Shown here: piece by piece, positions 1 through 12,118 of the stretch
How the letters are laid out: every line of letters starts with the position of its first letter
Numbering within the stretch: position 1 is the stretch's first letter
Assembly (NCBI RefSeq): GCF_035084215.1
Contig: NC_090353.1
Span: forward strand, 18,600,001 to 18,664,000
Source: Heptranchias perlo
Lineage: Eukaryota
Length of the DNA: 64,000 nt
Direction of reading: 5' to 3'
Program-made: the position numbers and the translations under genes
Notes under the pieces: generated by a model
What the model was told of the DNA's origin: nothing
The model's database searches: none
What the model saw: only the letters and a program-made list of their open reading frames with translations

Positions 1-1209
1 GACAAAAGGGCTGAATTCCAGAGGTGAGGTGAGAGAGACTGCCCTTGACATCAAGGCAGCATTTGACCGAGTGTGGCACCAAGGAGCCCTAGTAAAATTG
101 AAGTCAATGGGAATCAGGGGGAAAACTCTCCAGTGGCTGGAGTCATACCTAGCACAAAGGAAGATGGTAGTGGTTGTTGGAGGCCAATCATCTCAGCCCC
201 AGGACACTGCTGCAGGAGTTCCTCAAGGCAGTGTCTTAGGGCCATCCATCTTCAGCTGCTTCATCAATGACCTTACCTCCATCATAAGGTCAGAAATGGG
301 GATGTTCGCTGATGATTGCACAGTGTTCAGTTCCATTCGCAACCCCTCAGATAATGAAGCAGTCCGTGCCCGCATGCAGCAAGACCTGGACAACATCCAG
401 GCTTGGGCTGATAAGTGGCAAGTAACATTCGCGCCAGACAAGTGCCAGGCAATGACCATCTCCAACAAGAGAGAGTCTAACCACCTCCCTTGACATTCAA
501 CGGCATTACCATCACCGAATCCCCCACCATCAACATCCTGGGGGTCACCATTGACCAGAAACTTAACTGGGCCAGCCACATAAATACTGTGGCTACAAGA
601 GCAGGTCAGAGGCTGGGTATTCTGCGGCGAGTGACTCACCTCCTAACTCCCCAAAGCCTTTCCACCATCTACAAGGCACAAGTCAGGAGTGTGATGGAAT
701 ACTCTGCACTTGCCTGAATGAGTGCAGCTCCAACAACACTCTAGAAGCTCGACACCATCCAGGACAAAGCAGCCCGCTTGATTGGCACCCCATCCACCAC
801 CCTAAACATTCACTCCCTTCACCACCGGCGCACAGTGTCTGCAGTGTGTACCATCCACAGGATGCACTGCAGCAACTCGTCAAGGCTTCTTCGACAGCAC
901 CTCCCAAACCCGCGACCTCTGCCACCTAGAAGGACAAGGGTAGCAGGTACATGGGAACAACACCACCTGCACGTTCCCTTCCAAGTCACACACCATCCCG
1001 ACTTGGAAATATATCGCCGTTCCTTCATAGTCGCTGGGTCAAAATCCTGGAACTCCCTTCCTAACAGCACTGTGGGAGAACCTTCATCACACGAACTGCA
1101 GCGGTTGAAGAAGGCGGCTCACCACCACCTTCTCAAGGGCAATTAGGGATGGGCAATAAATGCCGGCCTTGCCAGCGACGCCCCCATCCCATGAACGAAT
1201 AAAAAAAAA
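1..1209 (+). mobile_element. Non-LTR retrotransposon (CR1/L2-group LINE), 3' part of RT ORF with 3' UTR and A-tail
   Basis: ORF 29-493 has RT motifs DIKAAFDRVWH, GVPQGSVLGP, FADD; it continues in 490-717 and 778-1146 across stops; ends ...GAACGAATAAAAAAAAA at 1209. Confidence 0.9.
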
Positions 1210-1560
1210 TCCCATAACACCCTTATCCCCAGCTGAGTATCTCTCTCCCTTTTAAATATCTCAATTGATTCTGCGCCTATGGCCTTCTGGAGCAGTGCAC
1301 TCGATTTTTTTTATAATACTTTGTCTGAAGAATTGTTTTCTGGAATCTTTTTAATTGACAGTTTAATTTTTAAAATTACATTTAAGTGCTCTTATTTTGG
1401 ATTCCCCTACCAGAGGGAATAATCATTTTCTAACTACCCTATCAATTCCTTTCAGTGTTGTAAACATCAGATTAGCCCTTCATTTTCTTATCTCCATTGA
1501 ATACAAGTTTACAAATTTTATAAGTTTCTTCATAGTTCAGCAAGAGAGAGATTAGGCTTT
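1210..1560 (-). mobile_element. Degenerate CR1 LINE 3' fragment
   Basis: Resembles the reverse complement of the CR1 ORF2 end/3' UTR seen at 18900-19250 and 53200-53550. Confidence 0.5.
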
Positions 1561-2835
1561 AACTGACAAACATAAGTAAACAAATAAGTGAATAGAAACA
1601 GTTACACACATATTTTCAGTTAAGCTTATATGTGTAGTAAAAAATAATAAATAGTTCACAACTGCTGTGCTAAGCTATGATTTGAAGTAATATTTTTACA
1701 AACCAGTTCTTTTGCTTCTCTTGGCATCTGCAGAAGCTGTCTGGCCTGACTATCTATCTTCACAGACTGCAGACTCCCAGATTGGAAAGAAGTGGCTGAT
1801 AAATACCTTCAAATAGGGTCTGGAACTCAGCAAATTTAAATAACTGACTTAAATGTTTTTTTAAAACTACAAATCAAGCACATATTTCAACAATCCCTCA
1901 ATATGTTTATACTTGAATTGAATGGCAGGACCCCTCCTTCAGACACCTACCTATCTTCAGACAAACCAACCATTTGTTGCAAAAATTGCATCAAGTTAAG
2001 CCGGAATGGGGATGGGAATTTTCCATGTGTGCCACAGCCATGTAGTTGGAAAATTTAGGCTTTGATTAGATTTTGTGTTTAACCCCTTGGGTACCATAAT
2101 AACATTTTAAAAGTCAGTACCATGTTAAATCTTAGACAAAAATGCACTCAGCGCTGGGAAAACACTTATAAAACTTCTGGGAAGGGGAGATTTATAAAGG
2201 CTTACTGCATTCATTCTCCTTCAACGCTCCCTCTTAAAAATAGTACCAGATCTCAGCTCCCCCAATACGACCACATCTCAGGGCACCCCCACAATAGTTC
2301 TATATCTTGCCCCTCTCTCAATCCTCCTGGACTGTAAGACCCTTCTCACCAATCATTCTTGACTCTTACATCAACCTGCTCAGTATTTCTGCACTGCGTG
2401 ACCATACCCCCTTCTCCTACATCCAGTGATACGCCCCCCCCACCAACGAATGGCCCCAAACCGCAGCACCCCTCCCAATGCTTCCAGAGCCCAGCATCAT
2501 GTCTGCTGCTCCCAATCCCTACCATCCATCTTCAATTGCTCACAGATCCCTGAGACACAACTCCCAGTTCTTGGAAATCCTACCTTCCCTAGAACTCCTA
2601 ATATTCCCACACTCAACAAATGCTTCCACACCTTGCCAGGACTTCCACACTCCAAGGCCAACCTTCCACTGCCAAGCCCTGCACCCCTCCCAAAACTCCC
2701 AAACTTCCCTCCCACGACTACTCCCGGGCTCAACAGCCCCCTCCCCAATACTCTAAAGTCTCAACACCTCCTCTCACTGCTCCCACACTGCTAAACTACC
2801 CCCCCCCCGACATCACCAAAACACATGACACTCTT

Positions 2836-2889
2836 CTCTCTCCCTCTCTCCCTCTCTCCCTCTCCCCCTCTCCCCCCCCCCCCCCCCCC
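2836..2889. repeat. (CT)n-like microsatellite plus poly-C run
   Basis: tctctccctctctccctctctccc... followed by a long C run. Confidence 0.8.
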
Positions 2890-3041
2890 AAACACTTCCT
2901 ACCCACCTGCAACGTGAAACATTTTCCTATGGATCCTGAACTTTAGAATTAAAAAGCTAAGACATAAAATTCCGTAGTTAAATGATGTAATCCATAGAAG
3001 ATCCCACAGCACCAAGACTTGAAAGGGAAAGAAAACATTAC

Positions 3042-3275
3042 CTGTATAAAGGTCAGCTTTTCATTCTTCATTAAAAGATCACCGAAATCAGACAAATTTT
3101 TCTCAAAATTTTCCATTTTATTTTCCAGTTCGAGAATCTGTGCATCAATTTCGCTCGTCACATGGCTCTGTACTCTGTCAAGATATTTAAATGCTTCTTT
3201 TTCTTCATTTTCAAAATATTTCCTTAATGCATTACACTTCTCCTGAATTTGGATTTTGGTTTCTCTGATCAGGCT
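3042..3275 (-). CDS. TRIM protein exon 3 (234 bp, coiled coil)
   Basis: Acceptor TTAACAG, donor CAG|GTAATG; open in phase 0: SLIRETKIQIQEKCNALRKYFENEEKEAFKYLD...KLTFIQ; size matches the ~231-234 bp coiled-coil exon of vertebrate TRIMs. Confidence 0.88.
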
Positions 3276-3679
3276 CTGTTAAGTAGAAATGCTCTGGTTA
3301 TTACACTGCAGGTCACTCAAATGCAAGTAGTTTTTCTGACTGACTGAAAATTAAGTCTGTACTCAGGCATCCTCTGGATGTGTGCTTTGAAGAGTATGTT
3401 ACCCTCTCATTTATTCACATTTTTTCTTTGACGCATTTCAATCAGAGAGGCCGTACAGATGTGAAAAAAAGTGATGACCAAGTATCGCAATAAGATTGTC
3501 TTTGTTGAACACAAGACCCAGATTAATAAATGAATGAATCGGTGGGAAAAATGTTATGTGTTTGTTAAAGTGACATGAGAAATGATGCCCAATTACATGA
3601 TATTGTCAGCTCTTGAAAAGCGAGTATTTGTCCTCAAAGATTTTAAAAATAGCAGTTACAGATGTCTGCAGTAGAGGAT

Positions 3680-4240
3680 TTTTCTGGCACACAAATGGGG
3701 CAAAGCAGCCACTGCCAGATTGGCCTTAGTGGAGGAGGAAAAGGAGGAGAGAGCAGCCTAGGAGCAAAGAGGATGCAGGAGGCACACAACTCACACCAGA
3801 AACTACTCCAGGGATCTACCGCAAAGGTTACCTGGACGTGATGGAGTAGCAGTGTCTGAGAAGGCTCAGCCTGAGTTGTACCATCTGGCCCAAGAAGGCC
3901 TGCAGGGGCAATCAACCATCTGCACTGCATCTCCAGTGGCAGTGAAGATCACCATTGCTCTCAAGTGCCACAAGGAGCATCTGCAGGGGACAACACAGGA
4001 GTCAGCCAGTTAACTCCATTAAGAAGACTGCTGAAGCCTTGCTTTACCATGTATCCACTTACATACACTTCAACAGTGTATCTTTGTTTTTAAAAAACAT
4101 CCATAACTTTCCATCATCTGCATATATGTTTCCTGTTTCTATTTTACAGCAATATTTAGGCCTTACCTTTGTGCTCCTCCTTAAATTGTGCAATTTTTTC
4201 CTTCACTTCCTGCCAGGTCCATTTAGTCCTGGAAACAGTG
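3680..4240 (+). mobile_element. Degenerate PIF/Harbinger transposon remnant (HARBI1-like transposase fragments)
   Basis: Broken frames read YLDVME*QCLRRL, TASPVAVKITIALK, GDNTGVSQ, IKKTAEAL, matching N-terminal motifs of Harbinger DDE nucleases. Confidence 0.55.
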
Positions 4241-4669
4241 TTCACCCTAACTGGGAGATAGAGTTCCCTGCATACCCTGTTTTCTGCATGTCCTTCTCTT
4301 TCCCACAAAAGTGTTGTTATGACACTTCATTAAACTGTTCACAAGTGCTTTCAATACATCATCCCTGAAATGGGATTTTCTTTCGTTTGAACCATTCCCC
4401 AATACAAATATGCACTCCATAGCTGTTGTTAATAACATTTGGGAGATTTCTTATCATGTAAGTAGCTCATTAACAGCTTGAGAAGTGTCAAAGAATCATT
4501 ATCAAGTATGTTATGATTGTCTGATTGTGTGTTACGACCAATTACATTTTTCTTGCAGGAATCACATTTCAATTTTGTGCCTTCCTGTGTTTTCACTATT
4601 TAAAATCTGGCATCTTGCATTTTTCATGAAAAAAGGAATTTTGCTCCCACTGTTGGTAGGATAGACAAG

Positions 4670-4915
4670 TTTAACTCTGTATGTAGCCTGTACTCTATTT
4701 GATCTGATGCAGTGTTGGAGAAGTCTTTCTCTGTACCTAACCAATGCTATATCTGACTCAAGAACATTTGGTGGGACTGTGCAGAGACAGTTTTACTTTG
4801 CATTTGAACTGTGTAGCGCTTACCTTGCAATACTTAATGAGACAGTGTAGGAGCTTTACTAATTATTAACCTGTGCTGTACCTGACATGGAAATGCTTGA
4901 CACCGACACTGGGTG
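4670..4915 (+). repeat. Degenerate ~65-bp tandem repeat (about 3-4 units)
   Basis: Recurring units like ctttact..atctaacc.gtgctgtacctg.c.tggga.tg.ttga.gggacagtgtag; a reverse-strand relative flanks the LTR element at ~31510-31554 and ~34885-35000. Confidence 0.5.
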
Positions 4916-5084
4916 TAAAATTTTTCCAATCCCAGAACTGACAACCCTCACCTTGATAAATACCAAGAGTCCCCACCAAATACAAGTCAGTGTAAAAGAA
5001 ATGTGCCTGGTCTGTTTTGATAAAGAAAACAGACTGTTAATAGTTATGGTGGAAGCGCTCAGTTCTTTTAGAATGCAAACTCAC

Positions 5085-5180
5085 CTGGGTGTTTTGCTTC
5101 TGTATCTGGAGATGGTCAAGACCAGCTTGGATGGAGATTGTATTTGCCCTGACCTTTTCTATTTGCTGCTGCAAGTGATC
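5085..5180 (-). CDS. TRIM protein exon 2 (96 bp, coiled coil)
   Basis: Acceptor TTTTAAG, donor CAG|GTGAGT; encodes DHLQQQIEKVRANTISIQAGLDHLQIQKQNTQ; 96 bp is the canonical TRIM exon-2 size. Confidence 0.9.
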
Positions 5181-5219
5181 CTTAAAATAAATAAAAATAG
5201 TTACTTTAATCTGGCAATT

Positions 5220-5400
5220 GAGATTGAGACAGAGACTGACTGGGAGAGAATCTGAAGAGAAGAAGATATAAGTGACACAGAATGGCAGAGGCAGAGGGAG
5301 CGGGGATAGGGAGATAGATCGAGTAAGAGAGAGATAGAGAGAACTGAAGAGAGAGAGACAAATTGATAAAGAATCAAATATAGGTATAGTTAGACTGATA
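5220..5400. repeat. GA-rich low-complexity/microsatellite
   Basis: gagagagatagaga-type purine tract. Confidence 0.7.
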
Positions 5401-7034
5401 TACATCTCTGTTATTCTGTCTTTGAGATATAGAGAGATGCATACCGAAGAGATAACATATTGAATAAGCAGCAGGCCCGTATAGTGATAACAAGAATTCT
5501 CAAACACAAAATAGTAGCTGCCATCACCAAGATGGTGACTAGGAGTGCTAACATGCCGGTCAAATTCACCACAATCCAAAAAATGATGGTCGCCCTTCCA
5601 CTAATTCCAGAGGTGGACATCGCTTGGAAATAACTCCCTGGAATAATTTATATTTCACACAGCAACTGAAACGTGAAATAAGAGTCCTAGCAAAAGCAGT
5701 TAATGTCACCTTTAAGAAAGGAGCTATTTAAATAGCTGGTTCGGAGTGCAATTGGTGAGTCGTAAGAAATACAGATTCAGATGATTGAGTGCTGTATGGA
5801 ACATGATGGCTGAGCAGCTGCTGAAATACTTGAAGTGTCATATCAAGAAAGAACAACAATCATGGATGTCGCCTGTAGAATGTTCAATTAAAGATCCTGA
5901 AATTTTGCTTGAATTTACCTTTGGGCAGCAAGAAACTTTGTAGCACCTTTGTTTAAGAGATTCAGGGTTGCCCAGGGCACCATGATAGAAGAGAATGTAC
6001 CTGACTAGAAGAAACAGGCTTATTGGGCAAAAAAACATTGAAAAATCTCATTTTAAGTATGCCGTCTTCATAACGGCAAACAGATTTGATGGGCCATGGG
6101 GAAATCAGCGTTTAATAGACCCCACTTTTGCCTGGGTCAGGTCCTGCCACCTTAATGTGCAGGCGTACATAATGTTAGAGTTAGGGAGACAGAACTGTTG
6201 GGAATTCCAGCAAGTGCAGTCATTCCACAATTCCTGCCTCTTTTTGTGACGTCTGCATGAAAGGGGATGGATGCAAGAAGCTTGTGCCCCCATATCCAGC
6301 AGAAATTTGACTGAGCAAAAAAAAGAGGCAACAATCCACCCCAAATTCCTCCACCGCCTGTCATGATGGGTGAATGCACAGCTGTGCAGTCAGCCCTGGA
6401 GCGTGTGGCAGCTCCAGCACGATCTTCAGCAGCGGCTCCACCCTAACTGAGGATCTAAAGAGAGTCACAGCTTCAGTCACGGAGGTGGCAACTGCTGCTA
6501 CAGAAAAGGGGCCACCTCAGTCTCCCAAGTATCCTGCTGGAAAGCACTAGCCAGCCACATCTCAGAACCTCCTACTAATGAGAGAATACCGAGGAGGTAG
6601 GAGGTTTGGATGGAAGGGTACACAAGTGTAGGCAGCAAGGAGAGGCATGGTGTGAAAAAGCAGTAGTAAGACACTAAGTTATTTTGCAATAAAAATGTTG
6701 AATCACTGATGGGATATGTGTGGAATAATTTGCGACAAGATGGGGCAAAGCTTGCAAAGAGAAAAGTGAAAACATACAATCCCAGCAGTAACACAAACTA
6801 TTAGGTAGATAGAGGTGCAAAAAATAACAAAAAGCAGATACTGAGCAACAAGGTTTGAACAGACAAAAAATACTCTGAACAAAGCGGCCTTTCCCAGTAC
6901 TTCTTCCTGGAAACCACGGACTAACAACCAGCAACTCCTCTTTTATAAAGGATTTGTATTTTAGAAGCAGGCTACAGGAGGTAGGGAAGGGAAATTCAGC
7001 GCTGGATGTCAGTGTCTTATTTAAATGCAATTTA

Positions 7035-7930
7035 ACTGCAGCAGACGGGATTGAGTGAGTGGGCAAAACTGTGGCAGATGGAGTTCAATCTGGGAAAGTG
7101 TAAGGTCATCCACTTTGGGCCTAAGAAAGATAGATCAAAGTATTTTCCAAATGGCGAGAAGCTAGGAACTGCAGTTGAGCAGAGATTTGAGCAGAAATCA
7201 CCAAAAGCTAGTGGACATGTACAAAAAAATAATTTGTTGGCCTTTATCTCAAGAGGGCTGGAATACAAAGGGGTGGAAGTTATGTTACAGCTGTACAGAG
7301 CTCTGGTTAGACCTCATCTGGAGTGCTGCATTCTGTTTTGGGCACCACACCTCAGGAAGGATACATTGACCTTGATGGGGGTGCAGCGCAGATTCACCAG
7401 AACAAGTCTTGATCTTCTAGCAGGCTAGGGACAATGTACAGTGTGCTGTATAGTGAAATAGAAAATACACAGACAATATAAAAACCATCCTGCAAAGGTT
7501 TCCTGTGCAGAATGATACTGGAACTAAAAGGGCTAAGTTATGAGGACAGGTTGCTTAGACTAGGCTTGTATTCTCTCAAATATAGACAATTAAGGGGTGA
7601 TCTAATTAAAGTGTTTAAGATGATTAAAGGATTTGATAGGGTAGATAGAGAGAAACTATTTCCTCTGGTGGGAGAGTCCAGAATAAGGGGGCATAACCTT
7701 AAAATTATAGCTAGGCCGTTCAGGCGTGGTCTCAGAAAGCATTTCTCCACACAAAGGGTAGTGGAAATCTGGAACTCACACGCCCCCCCCCCCCCCCAAA
7801 AAAAGCTGTTGAGGCTAGGCCAATTGAAAATTTCAAAACCGAGATTGATAGATTTTTGTTAGGCAAGGGTATTAAGGGTTACGGAACCAAGGCAGGTAGA
7901 TGGAGTTAAGTTACAGATTAGCCATGATGT
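7035..7930 (+). mobile_element. CR1 LINE 3' fragment (RT C-terminus and 3' UTR) interrupted by a ~110 bp insert
   Basis: ORFs 7051-7428 and 7512-7862: WAKLWQMEFN.GKCKVIHFG, LYRALVRPHLE, RGHNLKI. Confidence 0.88.
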
Positions 7931-8123
7931 AAACTTGCCTGCATTAGCCTTTGCCAATATTTGCTAAATATTCATATTGTAGCATTTGCTTCTTTGATTT
8001 GGTGATTGTGCGACTAGTAACCCCAGTGAACCCAACAGGTGAAGGGTGCACTCTGACATTGTGTACAGGAGCAAGTCGCAACACGTTCAGAAAAGAAGCC
8101 TGTTTATAACAGGACACACATAC

Positions 8124-8687
8124 CCGCAGCTCCTGTTCTCCCTCACTGATGCTGACACAGTTGTGGTTCTTGTGTTTCCCCACGACAGGGCAGAGACAGC
8201 AGATGCACACTTTGTCGTCCTTACAGTAAATCTCCAGCAGTTTCTTGTGCTCTATGCACTTCCATGTAGACATGTCTGCAGTGGGATCTATGAGCGGATG
8301 ATTTTTAAACACAGCGTTATCCTTGTGATGTTTAAGGTGCTTATAGCACATCGAGGCTTCACATTTCAGACAGGTTTTGATAGCTGTCAGTTTTTTCTTG
8401 GTGCAGTAGTTACAGGGCAAAGCAACTGGTGTTCCATTCACCGCTTGGTATTTCAGAGCTATGTTTGCCAGTTTGAAATTCTTTTTCAAAGCAGGCCTCT
8501 CCCTGTGCTTTGCTCTGCATTCTGGACAGGAGTAAGTGCCAGATTCTGGCTCTTTCCAGGACTCCTCAATACAAGCTCGACAAAAGCTGTGTTTACAGTT
8601 GAGTATCACTGGATCGGTATAAATTTGGAGGCAAATAGGGCAGGTTAACTCTTCCTCTAACCACTCTGGCGGTAAAACTGCCGCCAT
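8124..8687 (-). CDS. TRIM E3 ubiquitin ligase exon 1 (RING, B-box1, B-box2); TRIM25/TRIM8/finTRIM-like
   Basis: C3HC4 RING (CPIC...CKHSFCRAC...CPEC), B-box1 (CNYC..CLKCEASMC.KH..H), B-box2 (CIEH..YCKDDKVCICCLC...HKNH); donor CGG|GTATGT after 188 codons; joins exons 2 and 3 in phase 0. Confidence 0.93.
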
Positions 8688-8706
8688 AATTTAACCAGGA
8701 AGGATA

Positions 8707-8724
8707 GAAACCGAAAGTGAAACC
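8707..8724. promoter_or_regulatory. Interferon-stimulated response element (ISRE/IRF-E), triple GAAA
   Basis: GAAACCGAAAGTGAAACC (reverse GGTTTCACTTTCGGTTTC) fits GAAANNGAAA twice, 20 bp upstream of the TRIM ATG. Confidence 0.75.
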
Positions 8725-9289
8725 GTGGCATTTCTGACTTGCACAGAACATAACGGTCAAGAATAGACCATTACCAACGAGGAGAGGGGGGGTGGAGTGT
8801 GTTTTCAGAAGCCCTGATATTTTAATTGCAAGCCCATTAAATGTTTCAAACTGCAGTATTTCTTTTACAGGAACATACAGGAGAAAAGTTTTTTGTTTCT
8901 TAAAACCAGTGAGTGTTTCTGGAAATCAGCAGGGCAGTGACTAGAGAAAGATGTAGTTCACATCTCCCCTGTTTGTGTGACTAGATTTCCGCAAGCATGC
9001 ACAGTTCAATCAGTGCCTTTCTATCTAACTGTCGATCTCTATATTTAAAAGTTTATTGTCTTGCTCACATCTGTTGGGTCATGGCTTTCATTTCAGGGCA
9101 GATATCAATGACTGGCTGAAAGAGAGTCTGTCTGCCAAATCATTAATCAACAACAACGATTTTCATTAATAAAGGCTGAGATTTCCACCCTCAGAAAGGA
9201 GCTTGATGGTTAACAGTTCCAAATGACATTCAGGTTACCTGGACATTAATAGAATTTTATTACTGATAATTGATATTTTCCAATAAAGA

Positions 9290-9730
9290 AAAAAAGAAAG
9301 ACTTGCATTTATATAGTGCCTTTCACAACCACAGGACGTCCCAAAGCGCTTTACAGCCAATTAAGTATTTTTTTGAAGTGTACTCACTGTTGTGATGTAG
9401 GAAATTCAGCAGCCAATATGCGTACAGAAAGGTCCCACAAACAGCAATGTGTGTTTTAGTGATATTGGTTGGGGGATAAATATTAGCTAGGGAGAACTGC
9501 CCTGCTCCTCTTCGAAATAGCGCCATGGGATCTTTTACATCCATCTGTGAGGGCAGACAGGGCCTCGGTTTAACGTCTCATCTGAAAGATAGCATCTCCG
9601 ACAGTGCAGCACTCCCTCAGTACTGCACTGGAGTGTCAGCCTAGATTTTGTGTTCAAGTGTCTGGAGTGAGACTTGAACTTGTGACCTTCTGACTCAGAT
9701 GCGAGAGTGCTACCACAAAGCCACAGCTTA
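9290..9730 (-). mobile_element. tRNA-derived Deu-domain SINE (SacSINE1/DeuSINE-like)
   Basis: Reverse complement of the copy at 45822-46258; includes GATCCCATGGCGCTATTTCGAAGAGGAG and tail ...GGCACTATATAAATGCAAGTCTTTC. Confidence 0.8.
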
Positions 9731-9769
9731 TGGCGTGGAAAGAGTTTTCAGACGATTTAGTTCACATCA

Positions 9770-10508
9770 CGTGACATCAATGCTGAGTGCATTGGCCACA
9801 GCAAAGGCTGCGGGCCCTGACAACATCCCGGCTGTAGCGCCGAAGGCCTGTGCTCCACAACTAACTGCGCCTTTAGCTAAGATGTTCCAATACAACTGCA
9901 ACATTGGCAACTACCCAACAATATGGAAAATTGCCCAGGTGTTAGATCTACAAAAAGCAGGACAAATCCAAACCGGCCATCAGCAAAGTGATGGAATAAG
10001 TTGTCAACAATGCTATTAAGTGCACCTATTCATCAATAACCCATTCACCGATGCTCAGTCTGGGTTCCACCATGGCCACTCGGCTCCAGACCTTATTACA
10101 GTCTTGGTCCAAACATGGCCACGAGCCAAACTCCAGAGGTGAGGTGACAGTGAGAGTGACTGTCCTTGACATCAAGGCAGCATTTGATTGAGTTTGGCAT
10201 CAAGGAGCCCTAATAAAATTGAAGTCAATAAGGATCTGGGGGATAACTCTCCAGTGTCTGGAGTCATACATGGCACAAAAGAAGACGTTTGTGGTCGTTG
10301 GTGGCCAATAATCTCAGCTGCAGATCATTGCTGCAGAAGTTCCTCAGGGCAGTGTCTTAGATCCAAGTATCTTCAGCTGCTTCATTAATGACGTTCCCTC
10401 CATCATAAGGTCAGAAGTGGGTCTGTTGCTGATGATTGCACAGTGTTCAGCTCTATTTGTAGTTCCTCAGATAATGAAGCAGTCTATGCCCGCACGCAGC
10501 AAGTCCTG
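9770..10508 (+). mobile_element. Degenerate LINE RT fragment, same family as 1-1209
   Basis: KAAGPDNIP...LTAPLAKMFQ...WKIAQV; 10130-10500 aligns with window positions 15-390. Confidence 0.82.
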
Positions 10509-11330
10509 CCAGTAGCGCCCTCAGGGTAAGTTGTGGGAGTAGGGTTGGAGCGGGCAATGAGGGGAGGGGTGCGATCATGATGACTATGCAGTCGGGGGGC
10601 GCACCCATGCTCCTCCTGGCTCCAGAGGAAGGTTTTTTAAAATACTTAGTTTAAAAAAAATGCCTTTTAGTGGCGGCTGCTGAGTCGGCTGAAGAATTCT
10701 GAGCGGGATAGGCCCAGCATTTGCTCCATTCATAGTACACTAATTTTACAGAGGGCTCCTTCAACAGGCGTTAGGCCCCCAATTAACATCTGCAAGGGGC
10801 CTAACTTCTGTTTTAGGTAGCTGCCTGCAAAACTGCTTACACCAATATGACGGCACTCATAACACAGGAGCTGATCAGGCACAAGACCTTGCACCCCAAA
10901 ATTGGTCCTTTTTGCCCTCGTTTTCCACCTTGATGACCAATTTCTACCCCATAGTATCTGCAAGGTTAATTAAAGCTAGGAAGAAAAGATGGCTGAAGAA
11001 AGAACACAAGCATGGGCTACAACTTACCACGGAATTAACCCAGAGATAAACCCAGAGCACCGCAGAGGAAAAAACTATCCAGCACTGCAGCCAACATGAT
11101 ACCTAAGGAAAGATTTTGTAAGATTGTATGCTCAAGCCTTAATGCTGGATGCCTACAAGTGATACGTTGAATATAGATTGTGATCTTAACTTTGCTAAAT
11201 TCATGTTGTAATTTTGGATATTGGGCTGATTAAGTCAAATTCTCTTTTTATTACTTGATATTCTAGGGATTATAGAGTGTTTTTCAGTTCTAATTCTGCA
11301 ACTCTCCAAACCATAGATAAGTAATATGAT

Positions 11331-12118
11331 GGGGCAGAAATTGCTCGGAGTGGCGAACCAACAGTGCTCGCCGCTCCATAGATTTTTATCAACCCACTAA
11401 CTTACCACAGTCTTCACTGGGTGCAATTCCACAAATAGGAAGCAGAGAAGAGCCCAGTGTTAGTTCAGGCGAAACTAGGACCCATGGGAGAAGCGAGAGG
11501 AGCGATCTCTCCCCTCGACCAGATTGCAGCATTTTTGACAAGCTGCGAAACAGTTTCTGCAGGCTTGGGACGTTAAATTCAGGAAGTGAAAGGTACAACA
11601 TTAAAATCATTGTCAAAACAGTTATAGACAGCAAAAAAAGAGAGGGTAAGAAATAATCAAAGTAAATAAAAGTGACAGAAGGGAGAAGTAAAAAATAATT
11701 TCTTTTTAATCTTTTAATTTAAAAATGTTTTTAATGACCAAAAACTATTAAAATAAGGAGCAATGAGACTTCAGATTTGTAAAAGTTAATTTTACAAATG
11801 ATTGGCAGTCATTAAGACTTACTGCGCTGTTAAAACTTGGTTTAGACCTGTTTTTAAGCGTATCTGTTTTGTGGCGATATTACTTACTTTCCAGCTGGGC
11901 AGATGAGCAAGTTGGGCCCTGATTCAATGATTTCTTTGATTGCAGCCTGCGTTGTCCCTTTAATTAGAAACTGCCATATTGCCGGCGAACTAATAGGGGC
12001 AAGTTCTGGATTTCGGCATTTCAATGCACCTGTGCGAACACGGAACTTGCTCCTCTATTTCACCACCAACGGAGAGCGCTGTTGAGCTCACCGTTCTTTT
12101 CTGAGCGATTTCTGCCCC
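11331..12118. mobile_element. Non-autonomous DNA transposon (MITE) with terminal inverted repeats
   Basis: Left end GGGGCAGAAATTGCTCGG versus reverse complement of right end GGGGCAGAAATCGCTCAG (16/18); AT-rich interior; no coding capacity. Confidence 0.8.

Noticed and set aside
1700-1870. Possible TRIM exon 5
   Set aside because: Acceptor at 1867 gives a stop within ten codons in the expected phase; not supportable
2907-2940. Alternative small TRIM exon with GTGGGT donor
   Set aside because: Weak or stop-containing acceptor options; lies at the edge of repeat-like sequence
2250-2946. Overlapping Pro/Ser-rich ORFs
   Set aside because: By-product of C-rich low-complexity intronic sequence; no domain motifs
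7944-8123. C-terminal part of the 247-aa ORF as coding
   Set aside because: Read-through past a good GTATGT donor; splicing to the 96-bp exon fits TRIM structure
8046-8648. 200-aa plus-strand ORF
   Set aside because: Antisense shadow of TRIM exon 1
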